Part shown: piece after piece, positions 47,895-61,533 of the stretch
Layout of the letters: the number at the start of each line of letters is the position of its first letter
Numbering within the stretch: position 1 is the stretch's first letter
Assembly: GCA_030295235.1 (NCBI GenBank)
Contig: AP026133.1
Span: 310,001 to 374,000, forward strand
Direction of reading: 5' to 3'
From: Fistulifera solaris
Taxonomy: Eukaryota
Length of the DNA stretch: 64,000 nt
Notes under the pieces: model-generated
The model's database searches: none
What the model saw: the letters and a program-made list of their open reading frames with translations, nothing else
What the model was told of the DNA's origin: nothing
Program-made: the position numbers and the translations under genes

Positions 47895-48543
47895 GAAACA
47901 GTTGTGTGTGTGTGTTGGGTGCATTCGGTGTCAGTTGGGACTGTCAGTACTTGAGGAACGACCCAATGTTGCGGTAGGACAAAGGAACGATCAACACACG
48001 TGCAACAGCTTTGAGAATAAGAAAGCAGATACTGCTGCCATTGACTGCCAGAAAAACGGATTTGACTTCACAATCGAAAGACACAACACGTAATGGAACG
48101 AGTCTTTAACATCTCTATCATTTACGTAGTATTTGGTTCGTTTGTTGTATCAATGAAACTCTCAAGCTAAATAAACTCCTTCGATCAACAAGTGAATCGA
48201 CTAGATGAGTTATTCGTGTGCTCTTTGATCCTGAGTAAATGGTAAACGGTATAACCGGCCTCGACAATAATTACACTTGTTGTTTCACAGGTTTTATAAT
48301 AATAATTTTCGCATTGCGAGACATCGTATTTTCCGGGACTCCATTTGGTATTTAGTCACGAACCAGACTACAGTTTTCGTTATAGCAACCTTACCATGGA
48401 CGAACGGCCATGATGAAACGACGACAACAATGCATCCATCCATCATCGACAGCAGAACATTTTTGATCCGCTGCTGCGGCTCATAAATCTAACTTATAAA
48501 CTTTGGCTCCGATTTACCTGGAAACAACTCGCAACAAAACAGT

Positions 48544-49662
48544 ATGATCCTTCGACGCGTCTGGCGTTGCACACGACGATCCTTTTCCAGTTTCCCCTAC
48601 AATCGCTATCCGCTCGATGCTCCCAATTGCAATGTCCCTCGGAACATTGCAAAACGCGTCGGTACGAACTTACATCGTCAACCACAGCATCCGCTTGGAA
48701 TATTGCAACGACGGATTTTGGAATTTTGGCAACCTCATGGCTTTCAATTGTACGATCAATTGTCGCCGATTGTGTCGACGACCCACAATTTCGATCACTT
48801 GCGCATTCCCTCCGATCACGTCAGTCGGAGTCCTTCCGATACCTATTATCTCAATGCCACGACAGTCTTACGTACGCACACTTCGGCGCATCAACATGAA
48901 TTGTTAAAAACAGGTCAAAATCGATTCTTGGTGGCCGGAGATGTCTATCGACGCGACGAAATTGATCGATCGCATTATCCCATTTTTCATCAAATGGAAG
49001 GTGTCAAAATCTTTGCGCCGCATGAACAGAATTTGATTCAAAGTGAATTGAAGGAATCGTTGGAACAGTTGGCCGAACATTTGTTTGGACAGCATATTAC
49101 GAAACGATGGATCGATACGTACTTTCCGTTCACGGAACCTAGTTTCGAATTGGAAATCTTGTTTGAAGGGGAATGGTTGGAAGTCTTGGGTTGTGGTGTC
49201 ATTCATCCCGAAGTTTTGGCAAAGGCCGGACGTGGAGAGCAGATGGGATACGCCTTTGGTTTGGGATTGGAGCGATTGGCCATGGTGTTGTTTCAAATTC
49301 CCGACATTCGACTGTTTTGGACCCACGATGAACGCTTTCATCGACAATTTGCGTCCGGTGAAATTGTTCGGTTTGAACCCTATTCCAAGTTTCCGCCGTG
49401 TTTCAAAGATATTAGTTTTTGGTTGGAGTCAGCTTTTCATGTCAATGATTTGAATGAAATTGTACGCGACGTGGCCGGTGACCTGGTCGAACGTGTATGG
49501 TTGATTGACGACTTTGTACATCCGAAAACGGGAAAAACGTCGCATTGCTATCGTATTGCCTACCGATCCATGGACCGCAGTCTCACCAACGAAGAGATTG
49601 ATGATTTACAAGAAGTTGTAAGGAACCGTGTCGTCAATGATTTAGGAGTAATATTACGATAA
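48544..49662 (+). CDS. FARS2: Organellar (mitochondrial-type) monomeric phenylalanyl-tRNA synthetase
   Basis: [49 protein letters not shown], and a C-terminal FDX anticodon-binding domain. Confidence 0.95.
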   Translation: MILRRVWRCTRRSFSSFPYNRYPLDAPNCNVPRNIAKRVGTNLHRQPQHPLGILQRRILEFWQPHGFQLYDQLSPIVSTTHNFDHLRIPSDHVSRSPSDTYYLNATTVLRTHTSAHQHELLKTGQNRFLVAGDVYRRDEIDRSHYPIFHQMEGVKIFAPHEQNLIQSELKESLEQLAEHLFGQHITKRWIDTYFPFTEPSFELEILFEGEWLEVLGCGVIHPEVLAKAGRGEQMGYAFGLGLERLAMVLFQIPDIRLFWTHDERFHRQFASGEIVRFEPYSKFPPCFKDISFWLESAFHVNDLNEIVRDVAGDLVERVWLIDDFVHPKTGKTSHCYRIAYRSMDRSLTNEEIDDLQEVVRNRVVNDLGVILR

Positions 49663-49747
49663 CAATTTACTGAAACAAAATTACGTAGACCTTTAGTTAA
49701 CAAATTGGACAATGAGGCAAACCGCCTGCTTAATAGATACTCGAGTC

Positions 49748-52700
49748 TCACACCAAGTGCCCGAACACGCAGCGAAAACCAAGTGCAACTTCCGAAGGGG
49801 TATGAAAGTCTTTGATCGGTTTGTTGCCATTCATGCTATTGAATCGTTGCACACCGTCTCGCAACAGACGGTCGAACATGGGAAGAGGGGTCCCAATCGC
49901 GCACCAATAGTGATACCCCTTGCAGGATTTCATGGTAGCTGGGAAAAACGTATGAAATGCGGTCGCGCACTGGTATTTAGCTAAGTAGAGAACGGTTCGG
50001 TAAAGGTCCAGTTCTACCGTCAAGGACAGGGCAGATGCGTCGGATGCGGGTGCGACCTCGGCACCCTCGTAATCATCGCTTTCGACCAATGATACATTTC
50101 CTACACGGTCGTACTCATGATGACGACGTTGGTTGCATTGTACAACTGCATCGACCACAGGTCTAAAATCGCGTTTGTCGCACGCTTCAACAAGGGCGAC
50201 GAGGATTCTTGAGAGATCAGGATGGTCCCATACCGACGAATAGTAACCTTGTAAGTTGAACCTCGACAGTAATTGGCTTTCATCAAACTCAGAAGTTAAT
50301 TCGTTGTGCTCTGGTGACTGTTTATGCGCGGTACTATCACTGAGAAAAGGGGCGAGAACTTTCGCTGCACTCCAGCAACCACGTTCTGCAACTGCACGAT
50401 CCCACGCGGCAACTGCACAGTAATGTATTTTCGACGAGTCCCCTTCGGCAGTGATAGCTAACGGGAATGGGAGTGAAAATCTCGCGCAGAACCACCAAAA
50501 ATTATAAAAAACTTCAGGATCGAGCTCACGTATCCTCTCTCGATGCAAGACGTCTTCCCCATGGTCTTCGATGTAATTTTCAAGTGACAAGCGCAACGTT
50601 GCTGGGCTAATGTACGCCACGTAGGACACGCCATCGTCGTCGTGGTGCGACTGGACAGATGGAGACAACTGCGGTGGGATATCCTGAAAGTCGGCAATAT
50701 ACGGTGGTGAAGGCTGATTGATAGGTGTTTCCAACTGCTTTGCTTGAGCAAAAGTTATTTCCTTGTATCCTAGCATTGGTAAAAGCATAGTTCGACATTG
50801 AGGGCATGCTATCGAGCCTGGGATCTCATCTTCTCCACCAACGATGTCCCAACCAGCTTGGACTTCTTCTTCCAGCGGTATGTAGCTACAATTTGTGCAG
50901 CCTCGAGTTCGAGACCAAAGAGCAACAAAACGGAACTCGCCGTCATCCTCTAGTTCTCTACTATTTGAAAGAGGAGCAAAGGATGTTGAATAGTTCACTG
51001 GAAGCCAGCTGCGGCCGCCGCTCTGTTTCCTCTTATCGGCTTCGTCATTGGAACTTTTCGGGTTTTCAGCAGTACCACGTTGTCGCCATCGGCGGCCGTG
51101 ATCTTCAAGATGCAACAGAGTCCGATCTAGAGCCTCAATATCAAGTGTAGCGCGATGTTCCTGAGTACCAAAACTCACTCGCCCTATTTTACTGCCAGAT
51201 TCCGTCACCTCTACTCCAAGAAAATCGTCTTCTTTTTCATTGTTTATAGATCTCTTCGAATAGCCTTCGGCCAACGCTTTTGTGTACTGCCCAAGGGTAA
51301 CGGCACTTGGAAAAATGCCGTCGGAACGTAAGAGGCCGAAAAGCTTCACCAGTTCGACCCTTCGATCACTTCTATTTCGACCACAAGCTACCATCAGCGC
51401 TCTATAGGCCGCTTCGTCCGGAACGATACGTTGCTTGCTCCTAAGCAGCCTAAGTGCGCCAAGAGCGCGGAGTAAATACCGGGATCGCTGTTCGTGTGAC
51501 AGATGCTCCTGTGATACCAGGGTCGGTATACACAACAGCCAAGAGCCTAGGAGGTGAGAGCCCATTAGTTTTGGTAGCTGCCATAAACAACGACGCTGGG
51601 CTTGATAGCCGTGCTGAGACGTTGCCAGTCTCCGTCTTCTATTTGCCTCCTCTAGCTCGCGTTCACTTCGCGCGAGAAGCGGAGAAGTCGCTTTTGAAAT
51701 CTCCACGAAATATGAGTCTGGTTCCCGAGGAAGAAATAATTCGGCGTCGAACTTGTGAGGGAAGCATGCGTTGCCTTCAACACAATAGATGTACTGTTTT
51801 CCATGTGGTAAGCCGTCTCGGCATGGTAACGTAATCAAATCGCCTTCCTGATTCATGGCGAGCTCCGATAGATGAATTGTAGACATATCATGTGAACCTT
51901 TTGAGAGATTCAGATACAAGTCACCATCACTAGCATCAAAGCTTTTCCCTGTACTAAACGAATCGATAGTGTGTGAAAGGACCGCAGATTGATCCACCAA
52001 CAAACTATAGAGCATTTGCGGCGGACCCGATGAAGATTCGCACAGCTCTGCGTCACCTCCTAATCTTCCGTACGGAACTGCAGACGCGTGATATTCAGCA
52101 AGCGATTCATCGAAAAGCAGGCAGTGTATGTCACTGGCTTCAGTTCGTTTTTGTACAAAGGACTGAAACAATTGCGTTGATACAAGGCAGGTCAGATACG
52201 GAGCAAAATCGTGAGGGACTGATGCCAAATACCCTTTGCATCGAACCACTCGTTTCCGCTGACCAGAAAGTCTGCATCCGGTACAACCAAGTACCTCTCG
52301 TATCCACCCAGAACTGCACAAAAGAAACGAAGAAAAGTGTCCCGGACGGCGCGATCATCTAAAGGCTCACGCGTTGCCGAAGTGGATACCTCCGCGTCTA
52401 CAACAGGGTACCGCAAAGAAACACCAAACGATTCATCATATTGCGAATCCAGTGGCTCTTGTCCATCGGCTATTCCTGCATCGCGACAAAGAGCCTCAAG
52501 CTCAGAGACTAGTGCGGACCGCGGGACCGCTGGAATGACGTCCCATGCTTTCGTTAGCACATCGTAGCGGTCTCCATCGCATAAAATCTCGCCCGTGTCA
52601 AGATTAACGACGATGCTCTCTTCCGGGCATGTCGTTCTTATCTTTGCGGCCAGTCCATGTGATTCTCCGTCATCGTGTATGCCAACAAAGATAGCCCCCG

Positions 52701-55125
52701 GGAAATCAAGCGACGATTTGAATGGTTCGGTAAGCCGTGGTACATATGGTGCACACAACTCGAAGGGAAACAAAAGGGATTTGAGAAGCTCACACACGTC
52801 AAGGACGAGAGAAGACCGAGTCGACATGACAATGAGTTTTCTTTCAAGTGCCAGCAAACTTAGTACGATCATGGCCACCGTCTTAATTTCGAGACATGCG
52901 AAAAGTCGGTGATATGGTAAATCAACAACAGGGAAATCTTTTCCAGGTGGGCGACACAAAATCATGGGTTCAGATAAAGCAGTCAGCGGCACAACTACGC
53001 TAGGACCGCCTGGTCTTGGAAGAGGTACTGAAAGAAGAAGGTGCGAAATGAGTCGCTCCAACGGTAAATCCGAAGCAGTCCCGGCCAATAGGTGCATGTT
53101 CAAAAGAAATTTCCGAAATGCTGTCCAAAAAGGAAACCGACTTACAAGACAGATGGTTTTGTTTTCAAAGGTTATCATGTCATCGAACGAAGTCAACAAA
53201 AGATTGCTCTGTAGAGTTCGTGAATGACTTCTTGTAGCCTTGTCTTTTCTGAGACTCATTCCGCGTTCTTCACAAAATTGTTTATGAGAAAGAGAATACA
53301 CCGCTCGCTTGGAGGACATCTCATCGAGCTGTGACTTTTTCTCCGGTGTCAAAGGTTCCATGAATGAGACGCAGGAAACGTAAATACTATCTCCACGTTC
53401 GTTCTTCACGACGAAGCCGTAGTATTGTGGCACAGGCTCATCGCTTAATTTCGCACGATGAAGACGGCATCCTGTCGGATAGCAGAACATGGGAAGCTCC
53501 TCTTCCGGTAACGGTAAATTTTTGTAATTCTGGGGAGGAAACCGTCCAAGCACACGCGTGGCGAAAGCGACGTCGGCAAATCCAAATGCAATATTCTTTC
53601 GAGCCAACAGTGTAATCGACCCGAGGCCCGGCTTGTGCAGTGAATCATCTAAAAGCGATTTGCTTGTTGTGTCACCTGCATTTTGACCGACCGGTAGCCA
53701 GTCGCTCTTTCCCAGTGGTTGAAAAGTCCCATCCTCCTCGTCCTCGTCTTCGGAATCGTGCGGCATCACAGGACCGTTCTGATCCAAAAAAGTAACAGCT
53801 AAATCGACAATAGCAGCATCTTCATGATATCTCTCCTCGTCACCAGTTCTTTGACGGCGAATGGCCAAGGCCGGAACGTAAAAACAGTGTCGATCATCTC
53901 CACGAACTTGGTCGCCTTTCAGTACTTGTGGAAACAAGAAAGTAGGATCGGAACCATTTCCTCCCGAGGAATCATCCATCGAGGTCACCACTTCGAATCC
54001 GGAACCGGACGTAGGAGTTCCCGACGAAGATACCGATTGGTCGTCGGCATTCGTGCGATGCCGTGACGCAAAGAAAAACCGCCGTAGAACTTTTGGGAGT
54101 CGCCGCAATGGAATGCGGATCACGGATCCACTGATACTCTTGCGGAATCACCCATTCCTCGAATCCATCCGGTAGTACGATATAATCTCTAACATTCACC
54201 AACTGCAAATCCTTGTCCGTCGGAGGAAATTTAGCTTGCGATTGATACCGTTCCAAAACTTGTCCCGCCAACCCACCCAACCGCGATGCCCCGAGGGCAT
54301 TCGTCGGTCGCGTACTGGAGTGGATACGAATGTAACACAGTTTCACATCCGCAATCGCGGGGCGAGTATCTACGGAATGACGATTCCAATTCGACTGCCT
54401 CCTTCGGCGATAAGCGAGATAAAAACGATGCGAATCATTTGTTTCCATTGGTCGCGTGATCGGAATGCTCGTCAGATGTTTGAATTGATTCAGTGTCGAC
54501 TCCACTTTGCGCCGCAGTCCAGTCAAGGGCTTGTTCCGTTTAGGTTGTGTCGGTGAACCCATCAATCGTTCCGAAACGTACGAGCTTAATCCACTGACAA
54601 AATCTAAATTGGCATCCCAAACCGTCCCTTTCTTCCATACAATGGGTCCTTTGGGTATCCTCGTGTCGAGTGCCGCATGGACCGGGGTCGCCGACAGCAA
54701 GGTCTTTTCCAGGACGACCCATCCATCGTCGGTACGATGCGGCGACGGGGAAAATATCGGTGCATTCGAAGAGGCCGTAAACGATGTTGTTGCCTCGGAG
54801 TGTGACGGAGAAGGTGGAATTGTCGCATTGGAGACCGAGCGCTGCACTCGCGATGAATCATCGACGGAAGGGTCCTGACTCGGTGTGGCTGTTAAAAGGA
54901 CTCGTCGGAGTCGGTCACAAAAATATCCACATCGAGAATTTCCCGCTCAAATCGTTGTTGATGATCTTTTTCTTCCTCTTCTTCTTCTTCTTCTTCTTCT
55001 TCCATCGCCGTGCCTTCTTCCTGTTGTTTTTGCCGGTGTTTCCACCTCAAACGATCCCCGACACCCAAGACAGCAAAGTAATCCGCAACACCGGTGCGGG
55101 CGGCTTTTTCCTCCGAATATGTCAT
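49748..55125 (-). CDS. DENND4-like Rab GEF (uDENN/cDENN/dDENN + PPR-like + C-terminal Cys region); frameshifts near 54880, 54075 and 52225
   Basis: VADYFAVLG, RFP..NY...PLPEEELPMFCYPTG, ICLVSRFPF, LLSVPLPRPG, LLFPF...PYVP, TQLFQSFV, PDEAAYRALMVACG, PSAVTLGQYTKAL. Confidence 0.85.
54977..55002. repeat. (GAA)n coding microsatellite (poly-Glu) in the DENN gene
   Basis: (TTC)n on the + strand, encoding a Glu run. Confidence 0.8.
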
Positions 55126-55841
55126 GACATTAATAAAAATTAAACCGAACGGGCATAAACACCGAACAGGTAAGTATTGGTGGTGAACGAGAAAGGAAAG
55201 CAAATACAAATATAAGCATTAAGATAACGCAATGCGAAAAAATCATTGCAAATCATGACTGAAATCCAGTCAAGGCAAAAAACGGACAGCACTTTAAGAC
55301 TATGGTGAACAGATACGAACAACATTTGCGACTACTACCTGGTAGTGTGGAATCTGACCTATCTTCCGGACGTTTTATTACGTATACTGGTACGAGGGAC
55401 GTTTGCTAATGTCGAGCTTCAAAGCAACTTTATAAATAATGCAAATACACATACTTCGGTAAGAATTTTCATTCTCAGGCTTCCATCTGAATGCAAGAAC
55501 CTCTTTTAAACTCCATAATCGCATTTCATTCGTTACTAAGGATATAATAAAACCAGCAGTACCGCAATGATTAGTTACATGAAGGATGAATATGAGCAAT
55601 AAGCTCTTATTGTCAAACGAGACGATGAAGACAGATGCGGCGTGTTCCGTTGTCGACGATTTTCACGTAGGTGCCGTAGGAAAATTATCGATAGAGGCTA
55701 ACCCGGAGTTTGTAGACGAAAGCTAAACCAGCACGAAAACGACCATGCATCAATAAACTACTTTTGATACCGTGCAATCGCTGTTACTCCTTCGATACAC
55801 CTTACCTTTTTAAACTAATCAAAAGAAACAATATTAAAGTT

Positions 55842-57423
55842 ATGGCAGCGAGTGACGAAACGAGTGCGGCCTTTGCGGAAGCGCTCGAAGAAGTGCACAC
55901 ACGCTTCGTTCTCAACTTGCCCGATTCGGAGCTGAAAACAGCCGATCGCATATTCTTTCAAATCGAACAGGCGTGGTGGTTCTATGAGGACCTGATTTGT
56001 GATGTGCATCCGGAATGGAATCTTCCTCGCTTTTCGTCACTGAAACCGTTCTCTTTGAAATTGTTTGAATACTCGCCGCTTCTGCCGGATGTCAAAGAAT
56101 TTCCGGCCATGTGGGCCTCGTTTAACAACTACAAGCGCAAAATATCCAATTACGGATGTATCCTAATGAATAGAGACTGCTCGAAATTCGTTCTTTGCCG
56201 AGTTTGGAATGGCAAATCTTACACATTCCCCCTCGGGAAAAATCAATCAAGGCGAAGAGGGCAACGCTGCGGCGGCCCGTGAAACGTATGAAGAAACCGG
56301 TTTTGATCCAGCCGCAAAATTTGGAACGACCGCTGAGTGGTTGCAGCAGGATCCGACGAAGATAACTTGGAATATGGTGCTCCCTGAAAGTGATGCTTTG
56401 ACCGTCAAAGATGACAATGGCAAGAGTCGGATCGCCTATGTCGTGGTAGGTGTACCCGAAGACTTTCCATTTCAACCTGTGGCTCGCAAAGAAGTATCCG
56501 ATGTTTCTTGGTTTTCCCTTGATGAAATTCCCAAAAATAGTTACGCAGTACTTCCCTTCATGGGACACCTCAAGAATTGGATTCGCAAGAATAAGAAAGG
56601 GGCAAATCGTCGAAGCGGTAGCAATCGCAATGGGGGTTCACGCTCGAATACCCCTAAAGACACCCCCGATCGTCGTAAAGGCACAAACAACAAATCAAAC
56701 ACCAACACTCCGAACCGTAGCAGAAACAGCCGCGGCCGGGTGACGCAACAAGGCGACGACATTGTCCGCACTGGACTGGCCCATGCCGGAGAAGTGTCTG
56801 GATGGAGTGAAGAAGAAATGTTCCGCGTCAATGAGAAACTCATTGGGCGTCGCGTTGACTACGACGGCAACCCGCACGTTTTTGCCGAAGAGGGCTTCCG
56901 TGGGACCGATCCTCACGCATTCCGGATCATTGGCGGTGCGTTTTCTTCCGGCATTCAATCGCTGGCTCCGCCTCCGGAACGGAGCAAACTTCAGCCGTTA
57001 TTTCACTCCAAGTCTGATACGGACGAATTAACACCTTTTTTCTCGGGTGAAGGCGTTACACCTTGGGGTGAAGTGGTGGAAGGGGCATGTGATAAGGGTA
57101 GCGCTCCTGCGAAATCAAGTCAACGAAAAGCTACGAGCAAGAAAAAGGAAAGTAATACGCGTTCATCGATGGGTGAGACCGATGCGGATGAGTTATTTTT
57201 GACGGATCGGGAAATTACTTCCAAGAGTCAGCAATCCAAGCATTCGTCCTTGCCTTCGATACTGGAAATGCTTCGAAAACAATGCGAGGACGATACAAAG
57301 TACATCCAACAATGGGCCGCGCGTCTGCCGAAACCAATGCCAACGCGGATTTTCGGTGAACTTAAGCTCGATATTGATCGTATCATGGTGGAAGTTAGTC
57401 GAGTATTGAAAGTGGATTTATAG
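55842..57423 (+). CDS. DCP2: mRNA decapping enzyme Dcp2 (BoxA + Nudix); one frameshift near 56230
   Basis: RFVLNLP, FQIEQAWWFYED, YGCIL, FP.GKINQGE....AARETYEETG, F.P.ARKEV. Confidence 0.92.
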
Positions 57424-58332
57424 CTAAAGAGTGCATACATATCGTTTGTCAATTTATTGGTTTCAATTAGCTTCATTAGGGTGTAAAACGGTACAAAGGA
57501 TGAATAAATTATTTAATGTTGTCCAGACTGCTAGCCTTGTAAGCTGAAAACATCCTTTTGAAATACGGAGTACCAGGCCTCCCGTACATTTATACCATTT
57601 CTACGTCTTTCTACGTCTCGCTATACCAATTTGGTATGTTTTTCCAAAAATACTCGAAGTAAATTTTTCGAAAGATTTCGTAGTAAACGCCACGATCAAT
57701 TCAATCGATAATCCATGCGGATCGTTGGCCCGACTCGCGGTACTATAAGTCAAAGTGTAAGCTGTTCATCACCAGGACTGCTTTTCAGTCACGTATCAGT
57801 ATAATTATTTCCGAGCCGGACTGCTGATCATCCTCCGCTCGTTCTGCTACTGGAGTAAGCTACGATTGTCTTGATTACAATACAGTCAGCAGCATCAATT
57901 ACGCACGATATGGTTCATTAAGTCATATGACTTGCGGATCATTGCTTTTGAAATTACCATTGACCAAGAATGAACCTTTTTTCACCACGATTGCGTTTCG
58001 GTCATGAGTCATGAGCCATGAAATTTGCTTTAAACTAAACCGATTGTCCATGTTTACAAGCTGCATCTGCATAGTAATTTACAAGTGTTACACATGTCGT
58101 TTATTAGAGAGAGCGCTTCTCCACTTATCAAGCTGCCCCGGCTAGTAAACATAAACCTCAACTTAAAGCAAGACTGGCACGACTCGCGACTCCATTCGGA
58201 ACCTGCGCGCGATCGCGGAAATTCCACCCGGCAGAAAAAAGCGAAAAAGATCGAAAGATGTTGTTGACAACAATAACAGAACACCGGACCTTTCTGTCAC
58301 AAGCAGCTGGACTCACAGGCAACAACAGACAA

Positions 58333-61300
58333 ATGCGAAACAATATTCGCTACTCGCAATACTGGGACGTGAAATGCCCTCCCGTAAAGAGACATGTCAT
58401 TGTGGGCCATTTTGTCCCGACTCTGCGCGGGGCCTTGGGGATTCATCGACCCAAGCGCTTGGTCATTGAAATTGAAGGCGAATCTTCCTCTGCGGATCTT
58501 TCACTCCATGACGAGGATAAAGTCACGGTACGAGTTCTGAGACCAAAACGCGATCGGGGGAAACAGTGGACCAGTCCGTTCTCGTCTCGCGAGAATGGCG
58601 ACGATGATGATTATTCGTCACTGGGTCAAGTGAGTGTCGAAGAGGAAGAAGAAGAATCACAGTACGAGGGATGGATGCAATACCGACATTACACTCTAGA
58701 AGAAATAGATAAAGAAATTTCACCAAATGATACAACTTGGGTGGCGTCGATGGGGAGAACAAGTACAAGAGAAGTCCGCGAATTCCATTTTGAGACGGCC
58801 GAAGAAGGTATGTGGCTTCGTGGCATGTGTGCTATCGATTTATTGGATTATCAACAATTCAATGCTTTTAACAGCAACAGCATTCAAAGACACTCTTGAA
58901 AAATTGCGCTCTCAAGTAAAGGAGCGATCCGAAGCTTATCTCGAAGCCTTTCGCATATCTCAGATCAAAGATCATTCAATAGCATTGAAACCCATTGATG
59001 CAGAGAAAAACGGCGATCAACTTCAAATTCTTGTGGAAATCGTTTCTGCTACAGATCTACCGATTGCAGACCATAAGACATCAGATCCCTATACGATTTG
59101 TTATTTGGGTAAAGAGGAAATCCATCGCACGCTCCCAATTTTTAGAAGCTTGAATCCAATATGGACGGTTCATACGGGCTCGCTTTTTTTGCTGCAAACC
59201 TCAGCGGAGGCTCTCTTTGCTACATCTGGCTTGACGTTCTTGGTGAAGGATTACGATTCTGTGACGAAGAATGATCCATTGGGGCAGATTGTTGTCTCGG
59301 CACCCAAAATTCTTGAATTTGCGGATTTGCAACCCAGCGAACGGCTCGAGTTTCCGTTGACACTATTGGGCCAGCATCGAAAGTCGTCGACGTACCTTCA
59401 TCCAGTTCTATATTTGAGATTTCGCCATGCCTCCAAAGAAGACCTATCCTTTTGTCCAGGCTACAAAACATGAGAAGGAGAAAAGGAATCGGTATCTATG
59501 CTGGCAACGTCTTTGCTCGACCGCGGATCAGAATTGTCAATCCGCTCCAGCGGGAAAGTAGAATTGATCAAGGACAAAGAGTTGTAAGTAGACTCGTGTA
59601 TTCCATGCCTTTATCATTTTGTTATCACAAAAAAACTAACGTCAATGATTGTCAGTATCGAGTCAAACCGTACCCAGACCCCGAACGACCGGACGATACC
59701 AAATGGCTCACTGCCAAAGCGCTCGACGAAGAAACCTTGAAACCCTCTTATAATTGGATCGAAGCTGGGTCTGGAAGACTCGGTAAAGTTTACCTTGAGA
59801 TACTAAGTTGTACGGACCTTCCCAATATGGATATCGGTAGCAAGACGGATGCATTTTGTTCCGTCATTTATGAGGATTGCATTGTAAACACGGATGTGAT
59901 TAACGATGAGTTGAGTCCAAGGTGGCCACCGTGGTCACAACGAGCGTTTTGCTTTCGCATGGCACATGGGTCGTCTCAGATTTTGATCGGGGTTTTTGAC
60001 TATGAGATTGACAAAGGCGCAACGCCCATCGGTCGTGTGAGTGTAGATGTTACAAACCTACACCCGAACACGGAATACGTTCTAGTGTTTGATCTGTACA
60101 AGTCGATCCTAGACAATGTCCGTCGAGAAGTTGGCAAGCTTACGATCAGGCTGAAAATGGAATACGATAGCTTCAAAGATGTCGTATTAGGTTCTTTGCA
60201 AATACCATCGCTGAACTACATCAACCTAGCGAAGAAAGCCGATTTTCGTTGCGCGCACTTTGTCTGCTACGGTGAAGAAAATTTGCAGCGAATGGACATG
60301 GAAGCAATTTATAGCTACAAGGCCGAGATTGAAGACTATCTATCTGTTTTCAATCAAGTGGGACGGGCTGCGATCACGGTATTCTTATGGCGTGGACACG
60401 TGAATTTTCCAGGAACCGCAATCAAGTTGCCCATTCATTCGATAATTGCTTACATTGTGGCTAGCTCTTTGATCGAAGACTGGAACCGATTACCCGCTGT
60501 CTTCTTCTTTAGCATAGCCTGGTTCCTTCTCGCAACAAATGAACACCGCTTTCGACATCCTTCACCCTGGCACCAGCCCATGTCATTTACGGATATATGG
60601 CAAGCTCTACTGTTTGGAGATATGGTACGCCCTGCCATCATATCTGAACATGAGAACGAAAGCGCCGTTCGAAGATACAAGCAGGCTCTACTGAAGCGGC
60701 AAGAAGAAGAACGAGAAGCGTCGGAACGAGCGCAAGCTCGTGCCGAAGAAATAGCGAATTTGACGAGTGGCGAAGGAATGGAGGACGAAATGATGGAAAC
60801 GAAACTTGGTAAGGTAACGATCAACCCTCTTGCACCGTTGCTTTTACGGGTCCAAGACATTTTGGGTTTAGTCTGCAAGTGTTTGCGCATCATTAGAAGC
60901 GTTATCATGTGGGATGAATGTTACCTTACCTTTGCTCTCGCAAACGTTTGCCTCGCTCTCTCGCTGATTTTCTTGTTCATTCCATGGGGCATCATCTTAC
61001 GGTGGTCATTCCGCCTTCTTGTACATTCGTTGATGGGACCCTGGATGAAATTGATCGACGTGTTCTATTTGCAAAAACTAGACAGTCAATGCGAAGACAA
61101 CGTTGCGAAGCAGCTGCAGCTTGCCGCCAGAGAAAAGATGGAGTCGCTGAACGTAGCAAAGAAGGCTTTTATGATAAAAATGGAGGATTTTAGCAAGACG
61201 AAAGCCATCAAGCGATATATGTTTGGCAAGTTTGTCACGCGAGTTCCTCAATTCAAAGAATACCGTTACAAGGATAATCCTCTTCCCGAGTCGACGGCAA

Positions 61301-61419
61301 AGCCGTTTGATATGAAGCTTGTTTCAAACTTGATTATGGCAAGGCAACATGGACAAGCACTCTCGGGACACATGATTCCGCAGTGGAGTGGGGCAAAGGA
61401 GTATGAACATGAGGAATGA
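58333..61419 (+). CDS. Multi-C2-domain transmembrane protein (MCTP-like); introns about 58808-58874 and 59584-59655; frameshift near 59450
   Basis: C2 #1 VEIVSATDLPIAD.KTSDPY...LNPIW...VKDYD; C2 #2 LEILSCTDLPNMD...TDAF...LSPRW...GVFDY; C-terminal TM segments. Confidence 0.8.
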
Positions 61420-61533
61420 GATTGTGTATTGATGGTGTCAGCCCGCATTTACAAAACAACTAAGATTACTACGGAGTATTTTTTACCACAAAAACAGATA
61501 TTTAGGCCATCACTTATCACATAAAAAACCGCT

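Noticed and set aside
1526..57423. Functional cluster of Pol II/mRNA-fate genes (TFIIF-beta, G3BP, GPN3, DCP2)
   Set aside because: Widely spaced common housekeeping genes; consistent with chance.
57424..58330. Long intergenic regions (also 27800-28870, 42300-43240) as ncRNA or tRNA loci
   Set aside because: No cloverleaf, snRNA or rRNA signature recognised by eye; an Infernal/tRNAscan search would be needed.
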